DNA of 64,000 nucleotides from an uncultured Planctomycetota bacterium (lineage in GTDB: Bacteria; Planctomycetota; Planctomycetia; Pirellulales; Lacipirellulaceae), in NCBI GenBank assembly GCA_963719315.1, contig CAVRBU010000001.1, positions 416,001 to 480,000 of the forward strand, in the 5' to 3' direction. This document shows positions 9,148 to 20,059 of the stretch, one piece after another. The notes beneath the pieces are model-generated. The model was not told where the DNA came from and searched no databases. It worked only from the letters and a program-made list of their open reading frames with translations. Positions within the stretch are counted from its first letter, which is position 1. Every line of letters starts with the position of its first letter. The position numbers and the translations under genes are program-made.

Positions 9148-12139
9148 ATGAGCGCTCGCCTAGCTCTTCTGCTTCGATGGGGAGATTTGGCCATCGTCGG
9201 TCTTCTTGCCTTTTTGACAATCAGCAATTCGCCGTTCGAGACTTGCGCCGCCGATGCGCCTGCGGCGAAGTCGTGGCGCGTCGAAGGCCGCGTCACCGAC
9301 GATCAGGGTAAGCCGGTCGCCGGCATCGAGGTCTTTGCCAACGACCTGCCCTACCTGCGGTTGGCCAAACAACCGATGACTCGCTCCGATCGCGAGGGGC
9401 GATATGTCTTGGAAGTCGCCGGACGCCTGAACGGTCGGATGATTCGTGCCAGCCAACAAGATGGCCGGCAACAAGCTTCAAAACAGCTTCCGTACGAGGT
9501 TGAGAAAGACACTTCAGTGCCTCCGCTCGACCTGGTTGTGCGGCAAGCGCGCGAAATGGATTGCACGGTTGTGGATACAAACGGCCATGTAGTCGCCGGC
9601 GCTACGGTCCTCGTCACCGGTGGCTATGAGCAATTCGCACTTGCGTCGACCGATGAACAAGGTTGCGCCACTTTGCGTGTGCCGGCCGATCTTCCGTTGC
9701 AAGCGGTCGTGGCGTTCAAGCCGGAAATTGGATTGGACTACTGGTTGTTCCGCGCCCCCAAAGAGCCTAAGAGCAATCCCTATAAACTGGCGGCAGATTA
9801 CGCTGCGCCGCTTCAATTCGTCCTCAACGGCACGCGCAACGTAACAGTTCGCGTTGTGGACGATCGCGACCAGCCATTGGCCAACGCGAAGGTTTACCCC
9901 TGGCTGCTGGAAAAACCCAACAAGGGGGACCAGCGCGACCAATTGAATCTCTCGGGGCTGACTGGCTTTTCGCGGCAAACCGACGACCGCGGCGTAGCAA
10001 CATTCGACTACATCCCAAGTGATAACACGCGACCGATCAATTTCTGGGCGAGAGTTGAAGGATTCTTCTCGCCCGAGCGCCACATTTACGACCCGGTATC
10101 CGGCGTCTCGGAGCTTGTGGCCAAGCTCGTGCCGCTCGTAAGTGTGGCTGGCCGAGTGGAGTTTGCCGACGGCCGACCGGCGGCAGAGATTGAAGTCCAG
10201 GCCTCCGGCGCTGGATATGGCATGGACCAATTCCGGGAATCGACCCGCACCGATACCTCGGGCCACTTTACGTTCCGAGTCTATCCCGATCAGTTCTACT
10301 CCTTTGCCGCGGGCAATCGTCAGGCGGCTTCTCCGGGGCTTTACCAAGTCGTGCGCAGGTAAGCTAGTCGAGGGTTTGAAGCTAGTTTTACAGCCGACCA
10401 CGCGCGTCCATGGCCAAATAACCGTCGGTCCAAAACGCACAGCGATGAATGGTTTGTACGTTCAGCTTTACCCGAAGATGTCCAATGCATACTACGATTT
10501 GCCGGAGGACGAGCGGCTGCCGAATCCCAAGAATAGCCACATCTACATCTCCCCGCAGATTGTAAAAACCGCGACGACCGATAGCTTAGGTCACTTCGAA
10601 TTCTTCGTCATTCCAGGTCCGTATTATCTTATCGGACCTCGAAACATGGAGCCCACGACGATTGAAGTCTTCGACCAGAAAGAACTCGAAGTCAATCTTC
10701 ATTCCGAACGGCCGGAGAGAGTCGCAGTCTCCGGTCGAGTTGTCCTGCGCGATGATCCAAAGCAGGGTGTGCCTGAAGCCAAGGTTAGCGGCGAAGCAAC
10801 CGATTCGTTTGCCGGTCGCGGCCTCGAAGCCGTCAGCGATGCCGATGGACGATTTCATGCCGAACGCAGCCCATCCAACATGGTCGTCTATGCCGCAATG
10901 AAAGGGAGCAAACTTGCCGGCATCGTGACGATCGGCCCCGACGATTCTGATATCGTGATTCCTGTCGCCCCGACCTCTTCTGCCCACGGCCGGCTGATCG
11001 ACCAGGAATTAGGCCAGCCGATTGCCGATCGGCAGATCGACTTCGGCATCCACATCCAGTACTCGGATAAAATGTTTGGCACACGGTTCGGTGGATCAGT
11101 CAACACAGACGCGAATGGCGAGTTTACCGCGTCGCAGCTCGTGGTCGGGCACGAATCGGAGTTCAACGCCGTTATCGAGACAGGAGGTGATGGTCGGCCC
11201 AACTCTTGGCTAACGGTCGCTAAGGCGTCTCCAACCACCGCCGAGATCGTTGAGCTTGGTGACTTAAAACTTCCGCGGCCATATCGGCCCCCAACAACGG
11301 AAGAGAAGGTCGCCAAAGCATTTGCCGACTCGCGCACGCTCGAACAACGCGTCGAATCGCGGCTCCGCGATGCCCGGCACGCTTACCAGCGAGTTTTGCT
11401 GGTGATCGGCGATCCGGCCAGTCCACTCGTGCAACGTTTTTACGAGTTGGAGTACGACAGCGGGCTGGGCGGCGCCGCCTACAACTATCAGTTCGTGCCC
11501 GTCAGCACGGTTGACGCGGAGCAAAAGGCGTCCTGCCAAAAATACCTCTCCGGAATTGGCGTTGCCTGGCCGGAAGAAAACGGCGCTGTTCTGGCCGTGC
11601 TCGATGAGCAAGGCGTGCTTGTCGATCAGACGCCGTTCGTCGAGTTGCTCACGGACCGAGCCGTCGACACAGCGAAAGTGGCCGCGTTCCTCAACTCCCA
11701 TGCACCCGAGCTTCCCGATGCCGAGGTGCTCCTGGCCGATGCCCTCTCCCAAGCCAAGCGCGATGGCAAGCGCGTCTTCGTGCAAGTCAGCGGCCCACGT
11801 TGCGGCTGGTGTTTCGTGCTTTCGCGGTTCCTGGATGCCCACCACGACCTCGTCAACAAGGAATTTGTGTACCTGAAACTCGACGATCGTCTGAAGAACG
11901 GCCCGGCCGCAATCAAGCGACTCCGGCCGGACGCAAAGGGCGGCATACCATGGATGGTCTTCCTGGACGACGCCGGCAATCCGCTCATCACGAGCGACGG
12001 CCCCACCGGCAATATCGGCTACCCTGGCGAGCCAGAAGGCCGCGTCCAATTCGAGAAAATGCTGCGGTCTTCGCCCAAGCATATAACAGACGAAGAGATC
12101 AAGTCGCTGATCGACGCGCTGGAGAAAAACAAGATTTAA
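9148..12139 (+). CDS. Large secreted protein with carboxypeptidase-regulatory-like Ig repeats and a C-terminal thioredoxin-like domain; frameshift near 10357
   Basis: ORFs 9148-10362 and 10142-12139 continue the same GxVxDxxGxPxxGA-type repeats; C-terminal CGWC and GGIPW. Confidence 0.8.
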
Positions 12140-12176
12140 AATCTCAGATGTAGCGGCTCGCTTCCACCCACCGAAA

Positions 12177-13723
12177 TTAACGATCGTCCGCCCGCTGCTG
12201 AGTAATCTCAATCGCCTTGAGCAATCCGCGCGCCTTGCTGAGCGTTTCCTCGTACTCCCGTTCGGGCACGCTGTCGGCGACGATTCCGGCGCCTGCCTGG
12301 ATATACGCCGTGCCGTCGTGGATGACGATCGTGCGTAGTGCGATGCACGTGTCCATATTCCCGGCAAAGTCGATGTAGCCGACGGCGCCTCCGTACGGCC
12401 CGCGGCGGTGTGGCTCCACTTCGTCGATGATTTCCATGGCGCGGACCTTCGCGCGCCGGACACCGTGCCCGCCGGCAGGCAAGCGGCTAGTGCGTCGAAC
12501 GCATCGCGGTCGTCCGTAAGCTGGCCATTCACGTTGGAAGTGATGTGCATTACGTGACTGTAGCGCTCGATCACCATGACATCGGAAAGCTCGACCGAGC
12601 CGAACTGCGCGACACGGCCCACGTCGTTGCGGCCCAGGTCCACCAGCATCACATGTTCGGCCCGTTCCTTGGGATCGGCGAGCAACTCTTCGGCCAGTCG
12701 CTCGTCTTCCTCCTCGGTGCGGCCGCGGCGGCGAGTGCCTGCCAGTGGTCGAACCGTCACCTTACCCTCGACTACGCGCACTAGAATCTCCGGCGAGCTC
12801 CCCACCAGCGTACACTTCGGCGTCCGCAGAAAGAACATGAACGGGCTGGGATTCACCACTCGTAACGTGCGATAGACCTCAAACGGATCGACCTCCAGCG
12901 GCACTGCCAGCCGCTGACTGATAACGACTTGAAAGATGTCGCCCGCGCGAATGTATTCGACGCACTTGCGGACCGCAGCCTCAAACTGCGGCTGGGTGAA
13001 ATTCGATTGGTACGCCAGTCCATGTTCGCCGCTGGCATCGATGTCCGTGGGCATCAGCGAATCCGTCGGCGTCGATAACTTCGCGACCAACCGATCCACT
13101 CGCCGACACGCATCATCATAGGCCGCCTTAGCTCGATCATCGCCCTTCGCCTCTCGCCCCTCACCCACCTTCGCCAGCACAACCACGATGACTGTCTTCT
13201 GCACGTTGTCAAACACGACCATGTGATCGTAAAACGCGAACGACAAATCAGGCAGTTGGCGGTCATCCTCCGGCGGATTCGGTAGATTCTCTACATAGCG
13301 AACCGTATCGTAGCCCGCGTACCCCACCGCACCTCCGACAAATGGCGGTAATTCCGGCAACTTTGCTACTCGCAGTTCGTTGACGGCATCTCGCAGCACG
13401 GTCATCGGATTGAGGTTGGCGTCGAAGGCTGGCGCCGTTAGGTCTCGATGTTGATCCACTTGTGGATCTTGAAAGTCGGCTACCGAGATCGTATTGCCAC
13501 GGGCCTCGATGATCTTGAGCGGCTCGGCTGCGAGAAAGCTATAACGCCCGACCTTCTCGCCGCCGATGACGCTTTCGAACAAGCAAGCACTACCGCCGTC
13601 GTCGATTTTGTGAAACGCGCTCACTGGCGTCAGCACATCGCTCAACACGCGGCGATAAACGGGCACGTAATCGGCCGTGCCAGCAAGTTTGGTGAACGTC
13701 GCAAAGTCTGGATAATGTGGCAT
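12177..13723 (-). CDS. trpE: Anthranilate synthase component I; 1-nt frameshift near 12451
   Basis: LFESV, GRYSF, GDIFQVV, NPSPF, PLAGT and [24 protein letters not shown] is restored by adding one C. Confidence 0.95.
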
Positions 13724-14039
13724 TAACTGATTTCTTCCGCTCGATTCGCCGGCATAATTAGCACGAATTACTCTGACGGCCACGCCATCGTACCACGCCT
13801 CCACCAGGCGCGGCGAGACGCACAAGCGACCTATCTTCTGAAGGCGCAATACGTTACCCCGCACGGCACGAGTGCCGCTTCGTCTTGACACTAGGGTCAC
13901 CCCAGCTAGAATCCCTCTAGTCACGTTGCCGGCAGCCTCTCGACGCTCGTTGGTTGCACAATTCGACGCGCTCGACGATGCTCGAAGTAAGTGCGCTGAG
14001 GTCGAGAATGGTTCGCGCGACGGCGGGAAGCGATCACCC

Positions 14040-14561
14040 ATGAAATGTCAAAAGTGCGATAAGCAGGCCACGTTCCACATCACCGATTTGGTGGACGGCA
14101 AGCCGAATGAACTTCACTTGTGTGAAGAGTGCGCGACGAAGTTCCTCGCTCCCTCCTCGGACGATGCGAATGAAGTGCTGCCGGCCATGGCGGGGCTGCT
14201 CGCACAGCACCTGGCCGTCGGCGAAACGGCAGAAGAGCTCGCCCGCCTCGACCAACGCTCCTGCCCGGTGTGCGGCGTCACGTTTTTGGAATTCCGCAAG
14301 CAAGGCCGGCTCGGCTGCCCACACGATTACATCGGCTTCGCCGCCGAATTGGAGCCGCTGCTGCTGAATATCCACGGCGAAACGCGTCACGTCGGCAAGG
14401 TGCCGAAATTCTGCGCCAGCGGCGCAGAGCAGCAAACGCAATTGATCCGCCTCCGCCGCGAAATGAAAGACGCCATCGCCGCCGAGGAATACGAACAAGC
14501 TTCTAAGCTGCGCGACGAAATTCGAAACATCGAGCAGGCGCGGGATAAGACAAAGGAATGA
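14040..14561 (+). CDS. mcsA: Protein-arginine kinase activator McsA
   Basis: CxxC pairs, GRLGCPHDY, HGETRHVGKVP and a C-terminal UVR motif (EEYEQASKLRDEI). Confidence 0.92.
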   Translation: MKCQKCDKQATFHITDLVDGKPNELHLCEECATKFLAPSSDDANEVLPAMAGLLAQHLAVGETAEELARLDQRSCPVCGVTFLEFRKQGRLGCPHDYIGFAAELEPLLLNIHGETRHVGKVPKFCASGAEQQTQLIRLRREMKDAIAAEEYEQASKLRDEIRNIEQARDKTKE

Positions 14562-14588
14562 TGAAAGCGGTTTGGCCGTAGTTGTGGG

Positions 14589-14650
14589 AACGCTAATCTT
14601 CGCTAATCAACACTAATGAGATTAGCGAAAATCAAAGAAGATTAGTGTTC
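14589..14650. repeat. Intergenic palindromic element built from ~10-nt units
   Basis: cgctaatctt-cgctaatcaa-cactaat followed by the complementary attagcgaaa...gattagtgtt. Confidence 0.6.
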
Positions 14651-14709
14651 TGATTGGTTTCCTCGCATTCTACTGGATCAGAGAAGCTACAAGTGCCTTC
14701 GATTTCGAC

Positions 14710-15810
14710 ATGGACTTTTTCAACCTCAATCTACAAGAGCTAGCTCAAACCAGCGGCGAGTGGCTGCGCGGTTCGGGGCCCGAGTCGGATATTGTCATCA
14801 GCAGTCGCATCCGGCTCGCTCGCAATCTCGCAGATTTCCCGTTCATTTCGCGGGCCACCGATACCGACCGCGCCGAAATCGGCAAAATACTCCGCACTCG
14901 CATCGAAAAACTGCATAAGCTCGGCAAATTCACCGGCCAATTGGTATACGTCGATGTCAGCGCACTCGAAGCCGTCGATCGCCAATTTCTCGTCGAGCGC
15001 CAACTCATCAGCCGCGAACATGCCGATGCCGAGGGCGCCCGGGCAGTCCTCATCGACCAGCGCGAACAGATGAGCGTAATGATTAACGAGGAGGATCATT
15101 TGCGGATTCAAGTTCTCAAGAGCGGCCTCGATTTGGAAGCCGCTTGGGAACAAATCAACGAATTAGATGACTTGATCGAGGCCCGCGTCACCTACGCCTA
15201 TAACAACCGCTTCGGCTACCTCACAGCCTGCCCCACGAACGTCGGCACCGGCCTGCGAGTGAGTGTGATGCTGCATCTTCCCGCTCTGGTCATCACGAGG
15301 CAGATCGACAAAGTCTTCCGCAGCCTGCAAAAGATCAACCTCGCCGTCCGCGGCCTGTACGGCGAAGGCTCGCAAGCCCAGGGCGACTTCTACCAGGTCA
15401 GCAATCAAGTCACACTTGGCCAAAGTGAGGAAGAGCTCACCAAGAAAGTGGGCGATGTCGTGCCCGTGCTGATCGACTACGAGCGCAAGGCCCGCGATTT
15501 CCTCATCCGCGAAAGCCAGGAAACGCTCCACGACCGCGTCAGCCGGGCCTACGGTATCCTCCGCACGGCGCAAACGATCAGCTCCGAAGAAACGATGCAC
15601 CTGCTCTCCAGCCTGCGGATGGGCGTAAACTTAGGCCTCATTCGCGACGTCGAGATTCCCACCGTCAACAAGCTGTTCGTCCACACGCAGCCGGCTCATT
15701 TGCAGAAACTGACCGGCATGGAGCTCGACTCCTCCGACCGCAACATCGAACGGGCCGCCTATCTCCGCCGCCACCTCAGCAGCGACGGGCCGGGTGCTGG
15801 GCATAATTGA
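14710..15810 (+). CDS. mcsB: Protein arginine kinase McsB
   Basis: SSRIRLARNL, INEEDHLRIQ, GYLTACPTNVGTGLR and VRGLYGEGS. Confidence 0.96.
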   Translation: MDFFNLNLQELAQTSGEWLRGSGPESDIVISSRIRLARNLADFPFISRATDTDRAEIGKILRTRIEKLHKLGKFTGQLVYVDVSALEAVDRQFLVERQLISREHADAEGARAVLIDQREQMSVMINEEDHLRIQVLKSGLDLEAAWEQINELDDLIEARVTYAYNNRFGYLTACPTNVGTGLRVSVMLHLPALVITRQIDKVFRSLQKINLAVRGLYGEGSQAQGDFYQVSNQVTLGQSEEELTKKVGDVVPVLIDYERKARDFLIRESQETLHDRVSRAYGILRTAQTISSEETMHLLSSLRMGVNLGLIRDVEIPTVNKLFVHTQPAHLQKLTGMELDSSDRNIERAAYLRRHLSSDGPGAGHN

Positions 15811-15940
15811 GCCCCACCTAAATCGTCGTGATGTGGTTGCGAGTCTTTCATGCGTTGATATAATCCAACGGTAGAGGCGCCGTGGGTTTCTTGCGCATCT
15901 GCTAATTTGAGCGGTCTGATCAAATTGAAACGACGTTAAA

Positions 15941-16666
15941 ATGGCCTCGTTCAAGACCATAGCGATATTTTGCTTTGCTTTCTCATTGGTTTCGCCCGCA
16001 TTCGCGGATGTTGTACCCCTCTTAAAACTTGACCCCGCGGTTGAAGGAACCTTCGTCGAGCCGAGCAATAATAAGACCTGGGGATACTCCTTTTACGTCA
16101 CATCTCCAATTCGAGTAACCCATCTAGCGTGGAATGATACGGGGCGTGATGGGCTTTCTCATTCTCATCAAGTCGGTATTTGGAAAGACACGTCCGGAAT
16201 TACCCAAGCCAACTGGTCGGGTACGCCCTTTCCCAATCCCAATGGCGGCTTGCTCGTAACGTCGACGACTATTCCGGCCGGAACAAGTGCAGAATTGAGC
16301 GGGCCGTGGCGACGTGTTGCGATCAATCCAGTGATCCTTGGCGTAGGTGGGTATTCAATCGGTGGTCAGAACAACTCACAGTCGCTAGACAATATGGTCT
16401 ATAAGCTGTTCGGAAGTATCCCGACCTCTGACCCGTCACTGATAGACCCTCGTGTTCTTACTGGGTCGTTTACCGACAACACATCCGGGGCGGATGGTTT
16501 TTACGCACCCGGAACACAAAATTCAGGTTGGTACTTGGCTTTTGGTGCCGAACTTGGGGCAATGTTGTTCTTAGAGTCTGTTCCGGAACCTAGCAGTTTG
16601 CTCTCGATCACGATCGCCGCAGGAACATTGATTTGCATGCGCCGGCCAAAAACGATGCGGTGCTAA
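15941..16666 (+). CDS. PEP-CTERM cell-surface protein
   Basis: Signal peptide; C-terminal VPEP, TM helix and RRPK; lower GC than its neighbours. Confidence 0.85.
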   Translation: MASFKTIAIFCFAFSLVSPAFADVVPLLKLDPAVEGTFVEPSNNKTWGYSFYVTSPIRVTHLAWNDTGRDGLSHSHQVGIWKDTSGITQANWSGTPFPNPNGGLLVTSTTIPAGTSAELSGPWRRVAINPVILGVGGYSIGGQNNSQSLDNMVYKLFGSIPTSDPSLIDPRVLTGSFTDNTSGADGFYAPGTQNSGWYLAFGAELGAMLFLESVPEPSSLLSITIAAGTLICMRRPKTMRC

Positions 16667-16734
16667 TCCTCCGCCCGGCTCCCATCGCCACACATCCGCA
16701 CGATTTCCAGATCAAACCGGGCGACGGTATCGAC
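16663..16734 (-). pseudogene. Diverged duplicate of the last 23 codons plus stop of rtcB
   Basis: Translates VDTVARFDLEIVRMCGDGSRAED*, versus the rtcB end VETVARFDPKIVKMCGDGSRAED* (17811-17882): 19/23 aa and 58/72 nt identical by hand count. Confidence 0.9.
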
Positions 16735-16763
16735 CGCCACAGTTGGGATTCATCGCGGTCGTT

Positions 16764-17079
16764 TCAGACATTCTTCCGTACCTCAAAGGTTCGCTCCGGC
16801 ATCGCTGGCACAGGGTAACGGCCTAGCTTGATGTTCCAGTACGCCCAGGAGCGCGTCGAAGATACCTGGCGGAGCGGCGTCGACTGCGGCCCGCAAATCG
16901 TCCTCCGACCAAGACTCGCGGATTACGGCTACGTCGCGATACGTGCCGTACGTCATCATGTAGGCCACAAATCGACCCGGGTTCGCAATCGCCAGTTGCG
17001 GCGTTTCGAACCAAATCACACGCCGGGCGATCGCTTCGATTTCCGGAGTTAGAGGCAATGGTTTTATTGGGTGGCTCAA
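16764..17079 (-). CDS. Small partner protein of the AbiEii-like nucleotidyltransferase (putative antitoxin); frameshift near 16851
   Basis: RRVIWFE, FVAYMMTYG and APPGIFDA; restoring two bases in gcgc gives RSWAYWNIKLGRYPVPAMPER to a stop at 16764. Confidence 0.7.
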
Positions 17080-17086
17080 TTTTATA

Positions 17087-17752
17087 TCAGCTTTGTCCGC
17101 TGGCGCGTCGTACTTCAGGCAACTCGTCGAGTCGCACCGCTTTGACCGCTGCGGTGAGCCGATTCTGCATTGCGATCGGTAGGTTTGTCAGATTGCCGTC
17201 GCCGAAAAAGCACAAGCCTTTAAGTGTGAGTTCCGGATTGAACGAATTGCCGTAAATTGCCTTGGCTGCCGACAACGCTGTCGGCAAATCGACCGAGCCT
17301 TGTCCAATTATCGTATCCAAATCGATGTAGTCTTTTGCCTCCGCACGCTTTTGGACAACAGCTGCTTTCATGCCCGCCAGGTCGATTAAGGATGCGACCT
17401 GAACTTTATTGTCGCGAGCAACAAGCGGCGGATGAATTAACCGCAGCGCCGGTGTACCGAAAAACGAAACCTGAACCAACCCCTCCCGGTCAACGCAGCA
17501 CTTAAGAGTGTTCGCCGCCTTCTGGATTGTTTCACTCTGCTTGAGAAACGAGATCGAATCGTAGAGTTGGTCTGGATCGAATTCGACCATGGAAATAAAG
17601 TCAAAATCCAGGGACGCGCGATGACCGAGTTGCAACGCAATCGCCGTGCCGCCACAAAGCACAAATGCCCGCGGCACTTCGTCCAATTCACCCCAGAGCC
17701 GCCGCTGTTCGTCCGGCAGCACGGACAGATTTGGCTCGAATTCGATGGCCAT
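17087..17752 (-). CDS. Nucleotidyltransferase, AbiEii/AbiGii toxin family
   Basis: FVLCGGTAIALQLGHRASLDFDF, LAGMK and RAEAKDYIDL; GGAG RBS upstream of the ATG. Confidence 0.9.
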   Translation of the reverse strand: MAIEFEPNLSVLPDEQRRLWGELDEVPRAFVLCGGTAIALQLGHRASLDFDFISMVEFDPDQLYDSISFLKQSETIQKAANTLKCCVDREGLVQVSFFGTPALRLIHPPLVARDNKVQVASLIDLAGMKAAVVQKRAEAKDYIDLDTIIGQGSVDLPTALSAAKAIYGNSFNPELTLKGLCFFGDGNLTNLPIAMQNRLTAAVKAVRLDELPEVRRASGQS

Positions 17753-17810
17753 CGCGATCGCTCCGTTTAACTTCCATTTTAGCAGATCGCGATCGACTCT
17801 GCAGAGTTGC

Positions 17811-19209
17811 TCAATCCTCCGCCCGGCTCCCATCGCCGCACATTTTCACGATCTTCGGATCGAATCGGGCCACCGTTTCGACTAGGTCCTCCTGAGCCGC
17901 CATCACTTCGTGGATGTCCTTGTACACGCCCGGAACTTCATCGGACCCGGCGGCCAGCACGTGAATGCCGCGCTGCTCAAGATCCTTGCGCACCGCCTGA
18001 ATTCGGTACATGTCGTTCGCTTTCTTGCGCGACATCCGTCGGCCCGCGCCGTGCGCCGCCGAGTTGAAGCTTTGCGGATTGCCAAGCCCGCGAACCACAA
18101 ACGCCGGGTCGGCCATCGTACCCGGAATCACGCCCAAAACGCCCGGCCCCGGCCGGCGTCGCGCCTTTGCGATGCACGACCAACTCGCGGCCTTGGTGCC
18201 GTTCTTTCCAGGCAAAGTTGTGATGATTTTCGACGCCGGCGATGATCTCCGCTCCCAGCAGCTTCGTCACCATTCGATGAATTACCGCATGGTTTGCCGC
18301 GGCGTACTCGCCCATGAGGTTCATCGCCTGCCAGTATTCCTGGCCGGGCTCGCTCTCTAGATCGAGCCACGCCAACCGACCCAGATCCTTATAACGGCGC
18401 GGTAGGGCGACCTGTGCGATGGCGCTGTACGTGCTGCAAACCGCGGCTCCCGCCCCGCGGCTGCCGCTGTGGCTGAGGATTGCCACGTACTCGCCCACCT
18501 TAAGGCCAAGCTGCTTGTCGTCTTGTGCGAGCGAAAGCACGCCAACGTCCACGAAGTGGTTGCCCGAGCCGCTCGTGCCGAGTTGCCGCCAGGCAGTATC
18601 TTTTCTCTCGCGCGTGATCCGCGTCACGCCCCAATCGCGGTCCATCACTTCGTGCGATTGGGCCGGGCGATGTTCGACACCCACGCCAAACCGCGTGCCG
18701 CCATTTAGCGCTTCCTTGTAGCGGTTGAAGTCCTTGGTCAGCGATTCGATCGGCTGATCCAGCACCGAGAGTTTCATCCGGCACGCGATATCGACGCCGA
18801 CCGCGTACGGAATCACGGCGATTTCGCAGGCCAAAACACCGCCGATCGGAAGTCCATAACCAATGTGCGCATCCGGCATGAGAGCAGCACCGACGGCGCT
18901 CGGCACCTGGCACGCAATCCGCATTTGCTCGTGGGCGCCCGTATCGATGTCGGTTCCCCACGTGCGATAACCGATAGGCTCCCGCGCGACGGGCGTTGCC
19001 TGGGCGATCAGCTCGCGGGCGAATTCGCCCCAAATCGGGTCTCTCTCGTGGGTCCGAGGGTTTTCCACGACCGTGGCCACAAGCTGCCGTGCCCGCTTCC
19101 CCTTCAGCCCCATGCCCGTCCCCTGCTCCGCAGCGCGCGACAGGGCCTGGATCGCCGCCTTGGTGCAATCCGGTGGCACACCAAGTTTTTGAAGCTGTTT
19201 GCGGTTCAT
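17811..19209 (-). CDS. rtcB: RNA-splicing/repair ligase RtcB; frameshift near 18146
   Basis: MPDAHIGYGLPIG, VGVDIAC, QLGTSGSGNHF, HSGSRG, HHN, HRKGAT, HGAGR and DEVPGVYK. Confidence 0.95.
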
Positions 19210-19716
19210 CGCAACATCCGTCTCCCAGCGCAGCCCCATCATCAACCACTTTAGCGGCCGCCCCCAGGCGGCTGCGACCGGCAACCGCCCCACCCCGCCA
19301 AACCGTCCAAAACGCCCGGGGAAACTCCCGCACCCTCCCGGATTGAACCAAGATCACCCGAACCTTCGGCCGGTTCACGAAGTCCTATGAAAAGTTGGAG
19401 AAATTCGGCCAATTATTAGGTAGCTGGGCCAATTCCTCCGATTATAATGATAGGCGACGGGTCGTGCTGACGCAGCACGACGGACTAGAGGGCGACGCTG
19501 ATCTGTCTCAGTTTTGGCTTTCTAGATCGGCTTTGCCATGGCAACTAGTAGGAAGGAGGTGGTTCTTTGTACGACTCATGTTCTAACAGCCAACGAGGTG
19601 GTTTAACCTGAGTTTTGGCCGGCGGGTCGCCTCAGGCGGCCACCACCTGCTTCTGAGTTCGCCGTTTTGGCTTGCTGCAGCAACTCCAAGCCGGCTCGTT
19701 CTCAAAGCAACTAATA

Positions 19717-19756
19717 GAGCCCGGCTCCCACATGGTGGGAGCCGGGCCTCTTTATT
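19717..19756 (+). terminator. Rho-independent terminator
   Basis: Long GC stem gcccggctcccac/gtgggagccgggc followed by ctctttatt. Confidence 0.75.
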
Positions 19757-20059
19757 GGGCGCATATCCGCGCTCATCCTCTGCGGCTTCGCTGCGGTTTT
19801 CTCGTTGCCGCGTGGAACTCGAGGCAGCGCAATCCGCACGATCGGTCCAAGCCGACCTAATCGAGGTTTAGCCCTTGTATCGAATCAAAAACGATATCTT
19901 GCCGCGGAGGAATTAATTGACATGTACCGACCAAAAACTACGTTTTCAAGAATACGACAAGTGAAACTTTGACGAGCCAAAACCGAGAATCACTGTGACA
20001 CATGTTTCGTGACCGACCCTTAATTGCCGGTTTTCAACCACGCTAACGAGATTGACACC

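Noticed and set aside
16663..17882. rtcB tail duplicate as a diversity-generating retroelement TR/VR pair
   Set aside because: Differences are not adenine-specific, and no reverse transcriptase is present in the window.
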